Below, in pieces: positions 16,139-24,001 of a stretch of DNA of 32,000 nt. The stretch spans positions 1-32,000 of the forward strand of contig CAMEDD010000011.1 in assembly GCA_945913285.1 (NCBI GenBank), read 5' to 3'. A program made the position numbers and the translations under genes. The notes below the pieces were generated by a model. It did no database searches, was not told the DNA's origin, and was given only the letters and a program-made list of their open reading frames with translations. Within the stretch, counting starts at the first letter, position 1; every line of letters begins with the position of its first letter. Source of the stretch: Candidatus Sulfopaludibacter sp. SbA3 (GTDB taxonomy: Bacteria; Pseudomonadota; Alphaproteobacteria; Caulobacterales; Hyphomonadaceae).

Positions 16139-16921
16139 ATGTCCGAATCCATCGTTCTCGTCGAGCGCCACGGCGCGGTCGCCCTCGTCACCCTGAACCG
16201 TCCGGAGGCGCTGAACGCGTTGAACCGGGCCCTGCGCGCCGAGATCGTGCGCGTGTTCACGCAGCTGAAGGATGATACGAGCATCCGGGCCGTTGTCCTG
16301 ACCGGCGCGGGCCGCGCCTTCACAGCGGGCATCGACCTGAAAGAAGCTGGCCAGACCGGATTTGCTCTGGGAGCGGACGAAGACTCCAAAGCCATAAACA
16401 TGGCCGCCGCGCTGGAAGCCTATCCCTGGCCGATCATCGGCGCGATCAACGGTTTTGCTATCACTGGCGGTTTTGAACTCGCCCTGATGTGCGATGTGCT
16501 GCTCGCCTCGGAGCATGCAAAATTTGCCGACACGCACGCCCGCGTCGGTATCGTGCCAGGCTGGGGCCTGTCGCAGAAGCTCTCGCGCCTGATCGGTATC
16601 AGCCGCGCCAAGGAACTCTCCTTCACCGGCAACTTTATTGATGCGCACACCTCCGAAAAATGGGGCCTCGTGAACCGCGTCTATCCGGCGGCGGACCTCG
16701 TGCCCGCGGCGCTGCAGCTCGCGACCGAAATGACGGGCACGCAGCCTGTGCTCCTCAAGAAGTACAAGGCACTGATCGACGACGGCTTCGCCACCGAGTT
16801 CGGCAAGGCGATGAAGGAAGAAGTGAAACGCTCCATCGAGCATTCGGCTTCCGTCTCGGCGGAGTCGGTCGAGGAAGCGCGCAAGCAGGTGACGGCGCGG
16901 GGCCGGGACCAGCAGGGTTAA
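16139..16921 (+). CDS. enoyl-CoA hydratase/isomerase (crotonase family)
   Basis: MSESIVLVERHGAVALVTLNRPEALNAL…VVLTGAGRAFTAGIDLKE…AINGFAITGGFELALMCD. A GGAGG RBS precedes the ATG at 16139. The upstream part of the track ORF (from 15899) overlaps the previous gene and is not coding. Confidence 0.9.
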   Translation: MSESIVLVERHGAVALVTLNRPEALNALNRALRAEIVRVFTQLKDDTSIRAVVLTGAGRAFTAGIDLKEAGQTGFALGADEDSKAINMAAALEAYPWPIIGAINGFAITGGFELALMCDVLLASEHAKFADTHARVGIVPGWGLSQKLSRLIGISRAKELSFTGNFIDAHTSEKWGLVNRVYPAADLVPAALQLATEMTGTQPVLLKKYKALIDDGFATEFGKAMKEEVKRSIEHSASVSAESVEEARKQVTARGRDQQG

Positions 16922-16927
16922 GCCTGC

Positions 16928-17443
16928 TCAGTCCGCAAACTCGAACGCATCCATCCTCAAAACACTCAACGTCTGCGACGGGTGAAGCGAGGCCGCGTGC
17001 AACCTCCCCGCGCCGAGCGCCGCGAACAGAGGCATGAGATGCTCCTGCGTGGGATGGTTGCGGGGTGCCCGCGGCGCGGGCCTGCGATAATTCAGCAGGT
17101 CATCGACCCGGCCGTCAGCCAACGCCGCATCACCGGGCGCCGGGTAGCGCTGGTCGAACAGGATATGCGGGAACCCGCCGAAGTCGTGGATGGTCTCGTT
17201 CATGGCCACCGCATTGACGGCCGGAATGTTCGTTTTCGTGTACGCGGAGACACCCAGGACCGCCTTGGGGCAGGGCAGGAAGTTGCCGAGCGTTACGGGG
17301 AAATCCCGCGCGCCGGCACCTCGTCGCACAGCCGTGTCGGCGAGCCATGCCAAACAAGGATGGGCGCCGTCGCAGAGGCGATACTCCAGCAGACTGTTCA
17401 GCCGCCCATACAAGAAGCTGCAGCGCGCAATGTCAGCTTTCAT
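16928..17443 (-). pseudogene. YgiD/LigB-type extradiol (4,5-DOPA) dioxygenase remnant with internal deletion
   Basis: It retains the IHDFGGFPHILFDQRYPAPGDAALA core and the C-terminal HPTQEHLMPLFAALGAG. However, the GHGSP-type and SAHW-type metal-ligand motifs read LYGRLNS and SAYT. The central part of the fold is missing, leaving 171 aa from the ATG at 17443. The track ORF's extra N-terminus (to 17701) overlaps the thiolase start. Confidence 0.55.
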
Positions 17444-17546
17444 GCCCCGGCTAACAATTATGCCGTTACGGCATGGCGTGCCGGGTGTTGCGCGAGGCGC
17501 CTGACACGGCCTATCAACACGCCAGCAAAGACCCTGGGAGCCTGCC

Positions 17547-18758
17547 ATGCGTGATGTCGTGATCTGTGAACCGGTGCGGACGGCCGTTGGCGGCTTTGGC
17601 GGCTCGTTCAAGGAAGTCCACGCGCATGCGCTTGGCGCGGCGGTGGTTGCCGGCCTGATGGAGCGCACCGGCCTGCCGCGGGACAAGGTCGATGATGTCA
17701 TCTTCGCGCAGTGCTATCCGTCGATGGACGCGCCGGCGCTGGGCCGCGTGGTTGCCCTCGATGCCGGCCTTCCGGTCGAAGTGACCGGCATGCAGATCGA
17801 CCGCCGCTGCGGCTCCGGCCTTCAGGCGATCATCAACGCGACGATGCAGGTGGCCACCGGCGCGATGGACTGCGTGATCGCCGGCGGCGCCGAGTCCATG
17901 AGCAACGCGCCGTTCTACTCGACTAACTGGCGCTGGGGCCTCGGGCAGGGGAACATGACCGTCAATGATGGTCTTATCACGGGCCGCCTCACGGCGGGCG
18001 GCAAGAACTTCCCCGTTCCCGGCGGCATGCTGGAGACGGCGGAGAACCTGCGCCGCGATTACCAGATCACCCGCGCGGCGCAGGACGAGTTCGCCGCCGC
18101 CTCGCACGCCAAGGCGGTCGCTGCGCAGGCCAGCGGCGTGTTTGCCGAGGAGATTATTCCGGTCACCGTGGCGGGCCGCAAGGGTGATACGGTCGTCACC
18201 AAGGACGAACATCCGCGGGCAGACTCCACAGCCGAAGTGCTCGGCAAGCTGAAGCCAATCCGCCTGAAGCAGGACCCCGAAGCGACCGTCACCGCCGGCA
18301 ACGCGAGCGGCCAGAATGACGGCGCCTCCGCCTGCCTCGTGATGACGCGCGAGATGGCTGAACAATATGGCCTGAAGCCGCTTGCCCGGCTCGTTTCCTG
18401 GGCAGCTGGCGGCGTCGGCCCCGCGGTTATGGGGATCGGGCCTGTTCCGTCTACGGACAAAGCACTGAAGCGCGCAGGCCTCTCGATCAAGGACATTGAT
18501 CTCATCGAACTCAATGAAGCCTTCGCCGCGCAGGTGCTCGCCTGCACGAAGGCGATGGGCTTCACAGAAGACGACTATGCGCGCCTCAACGTGCATGGCT
18601 CCGGCATCTCGCTCGGCCACCCCGTGGGCGCCACCGGCGGGCGAATTCTCGCCACGCTCCTGCGCGAGATGGACCGCCGCGAAGCGCGCTACGGCCTCGA
18701 AACCATGTGCATTGGCGGCGGTCAGGGCCTTGCCGCCGTGTTCGAACGGGTTAGCTGA
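17547..18758 (+). CDS. acetyl-CoA C-acyl/acetyltransferase (thiolase)
   Basis: 403 aa: MRDVVICEPVRTAVGGFGG…, QIDRRCGSGLQAI (active-site Cys), NEAFAAQVLAC, NVHGSGISLGHPVGATG, CIGGGQGLAAVFERV. GGGAG lies 6 nt before the ATG. Confidence 0.9.
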   Translation: MRDVVICEPVRTAVGGFGGSFKEVHAHALGAAVVAGLMERTGLPRDKVDDVIFAQCYPSMDAPALGRVVALDAGLPVEVTGMQIDRRCGSGLQAIINATMQVATGAMDCVIAGGAESMSNAPFYSTNWRWGLGQGNMTVNDGLITGRLTAGGKNFPVPGGMLETAENLRRDYQITRAAQDEFAAASHAKAVAAQASGVFAEEIIPVTVAGRKGDTVVTKDEHPRADSTAEVLGKLKPIRLKQDPEATVTAGNASGQNDGASACLVMTREMAEQYGLKPLARLVSWAAGGVGPAVMGIGPVPSTDKALKRAGLSIKDIDLIELNEAFAAQVLACTKAMGFTEDDYARLNVHGSGISLGHPVGATGGRILATLLREMDRREARYGLETMCIGGGQGLAAVFERVS

Positions 18759-18779
18759 CAATTGTCAAAAGTCTGACAA
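18756..18779. promoter_or_regulatory. triple TGACAA half-site element (TGACAATTGTCA-N6-TGACAA)
   Basis: A perfect 12-bp palindrome, TGACAATTGTCA (18756-18767), begins on the thiolase stop codon. A third TGACAA lies at 18774-18779. This is the start of the AT-richer cspA upstream region. It could be an operator or a weak hairpin. Confidence 0.3.
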
Positions 18780-18964
18780 TACCTAAGGTAACGTAGAAAT
18801 AACTTGCTATTGCGCAGGGCTGGGCGCATATGCCGCTCATCGACGTTGGCCGGACAATCAGGCGCAGCTCCTTGAAAGGGAGCGGTTTCAGACCCTTCAC
18901 CAAATAATCGATATGCAAGGGCTGGCGCATTGTCAGCCCACAAACTGGTATGAGACTTACTTAT

Positions 18965-19174
18965 ATGACGAACGGTACTGTGAAATTCTTCAATAGCCAA
19001 AAAGGCTTCGGCTTCATTGCGCCAGCAAACGGTGGGAACGACGTGTTCGTTCACGTCACCGCTCTTGAGCGCTCGGGCATCGCAACCCTGAACGAAGGCC
19101 AGAAAGTCAATTTTGACACGGCCAAAGATCAGCGCTCCGGCAAGGTTGCTGTGAGCACGATCGAACTGGCATAG
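18965..19174 (+). CDS. cspA: cold-shock protein (CspA family)
   Basis: MTNGTVKFFNSQKGFGFIAPANGGNDVFVHVTAL… contains the RNP1 (KGFGFI) and RNP2 (VFVHV) motifs. A long ~200-nt upstream leader is typical of csp genes. The track ORF starts 5 codons earlier, at 18950. Confidence 0.9.
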   Translation: MTNGTVKFFNSQKGFGFIAPANGGNDVFVHVTALERSGIATLNEGQKVNFDTAKDQRSGKVAVSTIELA

Positions 19175-19228
19175 TCCAGGCTAGCCGCCAGCGCGCGCCT
19201 AGCGCCGCTGATCCGGCAAACTAAAGAG

Positions 19229-19258
19229 GCGCGTTCCGGCAACGGGGCGCGCTTTTTT
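19229..19258 (+). terminator. rho-independent terminator of cspA
   Basis: A 10-bp stem pairs GCGCGUUCCG with CGGGGCGCGC (two G-U pairs). It has a GCAA tetraloop (19239-19242) and is followed by TTTTTT (19253-19258). Confidence 0.75.
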
Positions 19259-19287
19259 GATTCCGGGCGCTGGAGTTTTGTTTGGTC

Positions 19288-19331
19288 GCGATGTCGTCCG
19301 CTCAACCGGTACCTACTTGAGCGGACATCGC
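19288..19331. other. long imperfect inverted repeat between the convergent cspA and DASS genes
   Basis: GCGATGTC(GT)CCGCTCAA … TTGAGCGGGACATCGC gives 8+8 bp with a 2-nt bulge. The 11-nt loop contains GGTACC. It lies 8 nt past the DASS stop. Neither strand has a U-tract. Confidence 0.4.
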
Positions 19332-19338
19332 TCTAACG

Positions 19339-20802
19339 TCAAAGCCCGAAATACATGGCAATAATCGCGATGCACGTGAGGTTCAGGGCAAGCCCCGCCC
19401 GGGCCATGTCGCGCACCGTCACTTTGCGCGTGGCGTAGACGACGGCATTCGGGCCCGTTGCGATCGGCAGCATGAAACCGCAGGACGCCGCCACGCAGCA
19501 GGGGATGACCAGGGCGCGGATATCGAGTCCTGTCGCGTCCGAGAGCGCGCCGAGCACTGGCAGGAACGTGGTCATCGCGGCGACGTTGGACATCACTTCC
19601 GACAGGAACACCACCATCGTGACGATGATCAAGATAAGAACGATCGGCGGCAGGGTCGCAAGGCCGGCGAGGTTATTGCCAAGCCACCCGGCCAGCCCTG
19701 AGGCCTGGATCGCCGCAGCCATCGAAAGGCCGCCGCCGAACAGCAGGACGACATCCCACGGCACATTCTTCCCGTCTTCCCAGTCCAGGAGGGCGCGTCC
19801 GCGTCCCACCGCCCGTTCGGACGTATCGCCGTGCGGCACAAGGAACATCGCCACGGCGCCGAGCATCGCGATGCCCATGTCGGTCAGGCCGGCGAGGGCC
19901 GGCGCCTTGATCAGCTGCTCGCGCAGGATCCACGCGGCGGCCACGCAGGCGAACACGGTGGCCACGCGCGCCTCGGCGGATGTCATGCGCCCGAGCGCGC
20001 CATGTTGCGCGCGAATGGACGCGCTGGCCGCCTTGGCCTGTTCGGGCGTGGATTTCAGCCCCCAGGTCAGGATCAGACAGGCGGCGGGCAGCATCAGCGC
20101 GATCATCGGTAAACCGGTCGCCATCCACTCCCGGAACGTGATTTCAATCCCGGCATTCTCTTTAAGCCATCCGATGGCGATCAGGTTCGTCGGTGTGCCC
20201 ACCGGCGTGCCGAGGCCGCCAATCGAGGCGGCATAACAAACGCCGAGCAGCAGCGCGACCGCGAGCCTTGGACCGCCGCCGGCCGCCACCGCGACCGACA
20301 GGATGATCGGCGTCATCATGAGCGCCGTCGCCGTGTTGGAAATCCACATCGACAAGAGCGCCGTTGCCAGCATCACGCCCGCTGTGAGAATTTTCACGCG
20401 CGCGCCTGAAACACGCAGCACGTTAAGCGCAATGCGACGGTGAAGGTTCCATTTCTCTATGGCGAGCGCCACCAGGAACCCGCCGAGGAGAAGCATCACC
20501 ACAGGGTCTGCATACGGCGCGGCAACGTCCTTGAGTTCCATGATGCCAAACAGCGGCAAAATGGCGAGCGGCAGAAGCGACGTCACCGCCATCGGCAGCG
20601 CCTCGGTGGCCCACCAGATCGCCATCAGCAGAAACAGGCCGGCGACCATCATGGCGCTGGGCTCAAGTCCCCCGGGCGGCGGAAGGAAGGCGACGATCAG
20701 CGCCAGTACGGGGCCCGCGAACAGGCCGAACTTCGCGGCGAAGCCGGTGTCGCTGTCCGGAATACCTTCACGCGGCGGGGAGGTCTCACCCGTCTCGGCC
20801 AT
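19339..20802 (-). CDS. DASS/SLC13-family anion:sodium symporter (dicarboxylate/sulfate type)
   Basis: 487 aa and polytopic, with the SNTATALMMTPI and SNVAAMTTFLPV hairpin-loop motifs characteristic of DASS transporters. Confidence 0.85.
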   Translation of the reverse strand: MAETGETSPPREGIPDSDTGFAAKFGLFAGPVLALIVAFLPPPGGLEPSAMMVAGLFLLMAIWWATEALPMAVTSLLPLAILPLFGIMELKDVAAPYADPVVMLLLGGFLVALAIEKWNLHRRIALNVLRVSGARVKILTAGVMLATALLSMWISNTATALMMTPIILSVAVAAGGGPRLAVALLLGVCYAASIGGLGTPVGTPTNLIAIGWLKENAGIEITFREWMATGLPMIALMLPAACLILTWGLKSTPEQAKAASASIRAQHGALGRMTSAEARVATVFACVAAAWILREQLIKAPALAGLTDMGIAMLGAVAMFLVPHGDTSERAVGRGRALLDWEDGKNVPWDVVLLFGGGLSMAAAIQASGLAGWLGNNLAGLATLPPIVLILIIVTMVVFLSEVMSNVAAMTTFLPVLGALSDATGLDIRALVIPCCVAASCGFMLPIATGPNAVVYATRKVTVRDMARAGLALNLTCIAIIAMYFGL

Positions 20803-20937
20803 GGATTTTTTCCCCGCTTGCCGCCTTCTGGCGTGTTTGTGACGGCGAGGCTTAGCCTGCTTTCCCTGTGCTTGGAACCGTCTCCAGAACGCGCCAGCTT
20901 GCCATCCGCGCGACTGCGCCCTAACCCTGAATCCAGC

Positions 20938-21024
20938 GCGGGCGTGGCGAAATTGGTATACGCAAGGGACTTAAAATCCCTCGGCCGCAAGGCCTTGCCG
21001 GTTCAAGCCCGGCCGCCCGCACCA
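20938..21024 (+). tRNA. tRNA-Leu (anticodon UAA)
   Basis: Manual cloverleaf:
- Acceptor stem GCGGGCG/CGCCCGC.
- D-arm GCG…GG…CGC.
- Anticodon stem AGGGA/TCCCT with loop CTTAAAA.
- Long variable arm GGCC-GCAA-GGCC.
- T-arm GCCGG-TTCAAGC-CCGGC.
- Discriminator A and an encoded CCA. Confidence 0.9.
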
Positions 21025-21048
21025 TCCAAGCCGGTCCGCGCAGCCGAT

Positions 21049-21071
21049 CACTCGGTCCTGGGGGCCGAGTG
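21049..21071 (+). other. stem-loop 25 nt downstream of tRNA-Leu
   Basis: CACTCGG (21049-21055) pairs with CCGAGTG (21065-21071), and the stem is extendable with G-U/G-C pairs. No T-tract follows. It may be a tRNA 3' processing or termination structure. Confidence 0.3.
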
Positions 21072-21125
21072 AAGGCGCCGGATGAAGCAAGGACACTCCC
21101 CCCTCGCCGCTTAGATTTCGCAGGC

Positions 21126-22103
21126 TCAGCCTGTGATCGACACCCACGCCTTGCTGCGCCGCGTTTCGCGGGCCCTGGCAGCAACGCCAAGAGTGCCGGC
21201 TCCCGGGCTCCAGCGTACGCGGTCCGCTTCCGGTATGCGCGTCCAGCTGTCCCCGATCCGGCTCCAGAGCGCGTCCGATGCCCGGAAATAGGCTGACATC
21301 ACGATGACATCTTCTGCCCGCGCCATCGGCGTCTGTGAGATCGCGTGCGCCTGCACGACCAGCGCCGCGAGATCTTCCAACACATCCTGCGGCCATCCAT
21401 GGGCGCGCCCGAGGCGCAACAAGGCGATCTGAGTAGCCGCCGTATTGTAAACATCTTCGATCAGCCGGAACGGCTTGATATAGGTCTCATAGGCATCTGC
21501 TGGCAGAATCTCTCCGGCGCCGATCGCGATGTCCTCAAGGATCAGATCGGCAATCGGCATATGGTCCTGATACGCTCCGTAGGCTGATGTATCGAGCGTG
21601 AGGCCACCGCGCCCCGCAGGCAGCCGCACCATCTGCAGCTGATTGCGCCCGTCGAGCTGCCCAATAGAAGCAGCAACATAGAGCACGTCGGCCAGCGGCG
21701 ACATCGATCCCCAGCGCTTCACGCCGTTCAGCCGAAACCCGGCGCCGTCCGGCGTCAGCGCGGCTAGAATATGCGCCGGTCGCGGGCCCTTGTCCTCGCT
21801 GACACAGAAGGCCGTCACGGCGTCGTCCGGCGTATCCGGGAAGAGGCGCCGGATCGCGGCCTGATGCCCCGCCGCGCCCGCCGCGCGCCGGTTGTCCGCG
21901 CGCGATGCGACCCGCACGAGACGCTCGAACGCGGACGGGCTCGCCGGCGTGCCGGGTCCGGAAGCCTTTAGGAAAGCGCGCAGGTCCCGGCTGTCGGCCG
22001 CAGCTTCTGGTTCAAACAGGATCGAGAGGAGTTCGGCGGGCGTCATCGCACGCGTGATGCCGCCCGCGCGGCGCCGTGTCAAATGCTGCGGCGAACGGCT
22101 CAC
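21126..22103 (-). CDS. acyl-CoA dehydrogenase-like protein (short, divergent)
   Basis: The middle-domain-like segment GFRLNGVKRWGSMSPLADVLYV and an all-helical C-terminal half resemble ACAD-family proteins. The flavin and catalytic residues are not confidently identifiable. The start is either the GTG at 22103, overlapping the pirin stop, or the ATG at 22046. Confidence 0.45.
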   Translation of the reverse strand: MSRSPQHLTRRRAGGITRAMTPAELLSILFEPEAAADSRDLRAFLKASGPGTPASPSAFERLVRVASRADNRRAAGAAGHQAAIRRLFPDTPDDAVTAFCVSEDKGPRPAHILAALTPDGAGFRLNGVKRWGSMSPLADVLYVAASIGQLDGRNQLQMVRLPAGRGGLTLDTSAYGAYQDHMPIADLILEDIAIGAGEILPADAYETYIKPFRLIEDVYNTAATQIALLRLGRAHGWPQDVLEDLAALVVQAHAISQTPMARAEDVIVMSAYFRASDALWSRIGDSWTRIPEADRVRWSPGAGTLGVAARARETRRSKAWVSITG

Positions 22104-22531
22104 CCCGCCGGCAGGGGCGTGAATTCCTGATCGTCCCCGTCCGGCAGCTTCATCTGCCCCGCCGCCCAGGCCGGTATGCCGTGCATGCGCGCGCCATGCA
22201 TTCGCGCATGTTCGAGGCGCTCGGAATGCGTAATGCCCTTGCCGGCTGTGATCCAGTTGACGGCGCCCGGCTTGATCTCCTGTTTGGAGCCGAGACTGTC
22301 GCGGTGCGTCATCGCGCCGGAATAAAGATAGGTCACGGTGGACAGGCCAATGTGCGGATGCGGCCGAACATCGAGCTCGCGCAGAATGCCGGCCGCAAAG
22401 TCCACAGGCCCCATCTGGTCGAAGAAGATGAACGGGCCCATCATGCGCCGCTTCGCAAAGGGCAGCACACGGCCCACTTCAAATCCGCCGCCAAGGCCGC
22501 GCGTGCGCTTGTCGGTGATGAGGTCGATCAT
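22100..22531 (-). CDS. pirin-family protein reduced to the N-terminal cupin (apparent in-frame internal deletion)
   Basis: The N-terminal cupin has an intact metal site (RPHPHIGLSTVTYLYSGAMTHRDSLG, AGKGITHSER). After MHGI(P)AW the ORF runs straight into …LPDGDDQEFTPLPAG. That resembles the extreme C-terminus (…PGD..EFIPLP) of ~290-aa bicupin pirins. The ORF is only 143 aa. Confidence 0.55.
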   Translation of the reverse strand: MIDLITDKRTRGLGGGFEVGRVLPFAKRRMMGPFIFFDQMGPVDFAAGILRELDVRPHPHIGLSTVTYLYSGAMTHRDSLGSKQEIKPGAVNWITAGKGITHSERLEHARMHGARMHGIPAWAAGQMKLPDGDDQEFTPLPAG

Positions 22532-22664
22532 GGGTTCTCCATTCGTGTGGTACCGGTGTTCTTTCTGCCGAAGGGATCACTCCCGGCGAGGCTTTATATG
22601 CCCGCGCGGGACTGATAACACCTAGGCAAGTCTTGGTTTCAAACGTCTGCGGAGTCTCATCCTG

Positions 22665-23975
22665 ATGCCGATCACTGTCCCCTTTCATCGCGCATTGGCC
22701 TGCGCCGGCGTGATCGCCGCGCTGGCCATGCCCGCCGTCGCCGATACCGTTTACATCCAGGCCGGCAAGGTGCTTGCCATTGCGGGCGAAGCCCCGCGCG
22801 GGCCGACCACGATCATCATTACCGATGGAAAGATCGTCGCGCTGGAAGCCGGCTACAAAGCGCCGAAGGACAACGAGATCCGCGTCATTGACCTCAAGAG
22901 CCACTATGTGCTCCCGGGCCTGATCGACAGCCACGTCCACCTGACGTCTGACACCGGCGGCATCGCTTCGCAGCTCGAAGACGTCACCCTCTCGCCCGCC
23001 GCGCAGGCCTTCAATGCCTGGGGCAATGGAATGAAGACGCTGAACGCCGGCTTTACCACCGTGCGCAACCTCGGTGACGGCGACGGCGCTGTGCTCGCTC
23101 TGCGCGATGCTATCAATGACGGCCAGGTCACGGGTCCGCGCATCCTCGATGCGGGCGCGTCGATCTCTGCCTCGGCCGGCCACATGGACGGCTCGCTCGG
23201 CTTCCGCGACGAGTTGCGCGAGTTCTTCAACGCAACCGGCAATACGTGCAGCGGCGCGGATGATTGCCGCCGCGCGGTGCGCCTGCAGATCGCGCGGGGC
23301 GCGGACGTGATCAAGCTCGCCACCACTGGCGGCGTCAACAGCCGTATCGGCGCCGGTCTCGGCAAGCAGATGTTCGACGACGAGGCCCGCGCGATTGTCG
23401 AAACCGCGAAGCTCTTCGGCAAAAAGGTGGCCGCCCATGCCCACGGCGCGGACGGCATCCGCCTCGCGCTGCTTGCAGGCGTTGATTCCATCGAGCACGG
23501 CACGATCCTCGACCCCGAAACCATCGACGCCTTTGTGGCTTCTGACGCCTATTACGTCCCTACGCTTTCGACCGTGAACGGATATATCGAACGCCTGAAA
23601 GACAATCCAGACGCCTATGAGCCGGATGTCCGGGCCAAGATCGAATGGCGTATCGGCATCACCGGCAAGAGCCTCGAAGTGCTCTACGCCAAGGGCGTGA
23701 AGATCGCCTTCGGCACGGACGCGGGCGTCTCGAAACATGGCCGCAACGCCGATGAGTTCGAACTCATGGTGAAGTTCGGCATGCCGCCCGCCGAAGCCAT
23801 CAAGGCTGCAACGGTCAACGCCGCCGACCTCTTGGGACTGACCGCCGAAATCGGCACGCTTGAGCCGGGCAAGAGCGCCGACCTCATCGCCGTTAAGGGC
23901 GACCCGCTGAAGGACGTGAAAGTCCTCAAGCAGGTCGATTTCGTCATGGTGCGCGGCGACGTCGCGAAGCAATAG
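22665..23975 (+). CDS. secreted metal-dependent amidohydrolase (amidohydrolase_1 superfamily)
   Basis: It has a signal peptide (ALACAGVIAALAMPAVA). Motifs present are PGLIDSHVHL (HxH), KVAAHAHG, SIEHG and AFGTDAG (Asp). Confidence 0.85.
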   Translation: MPITVPFHRALACAGVIAALAMPAVADTVYIQAGKVLAIAGEAPRGPTTIIITDGKIVALEAGYKAPKDNEIRVIDLKSHYVLPGLIDSHVHLTSDTGGIASQLEDVTLSPAAQAFNAWGNGMKTLNAGFTTVRNLGDGDGAVLALRDAINDGQVTGPRILDAGASISASAGHMDGSLGFRDELREFFNATGNTCSGADDCRRAVRLQIARGADVIKLATTGGVNSRIGAGLGKQMFDDEARAIVETAKLFGKKVAAHAHGADGIRLALLAGVDSIEHGTILDPETIDAFVASDAYYVPTLSTVNGYIERLKDNPDAYEPDVRAKIEWRIGITGKSLEVLYAKGVKIAFGTDAGVSKHGRNADEFELMVKFGMPPAEAIKAATVNAADLLGLTAEIGTLEPGKSADLIAVKGDPLKDVKVLKQVDFVMVRGDVAKQ

Positions 23976-24001
23976 CCGCCCCGTCCGTCAGCCTTGAGAC
24001 A

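Noticed and set aside
22479-23972. 497-aa minus-strand ORF spanning the whole amidohydrolase gene. Similar full-length antisense ORFs occur at 25401..26927 (+, opposite ald), 17514..18761 (-, opposite the thiolase), 12385..13434 (+, opposite map), 8130..9254 (+, opposite the MFS gene), 30873..31946 (-, opposite pccA), 228..1184, 14869..15585, 16088..16843, 19472..20236, 26588..27538, 27730..28617 and 29681..30352.
   Set aside because: These are classic high-GC shadow ORFs. Their translations are Arg/Ala/Gly/His-rich low complexity with no motifs. The opposite strand carries unmistakable family signatures and the expected GC3 bias.
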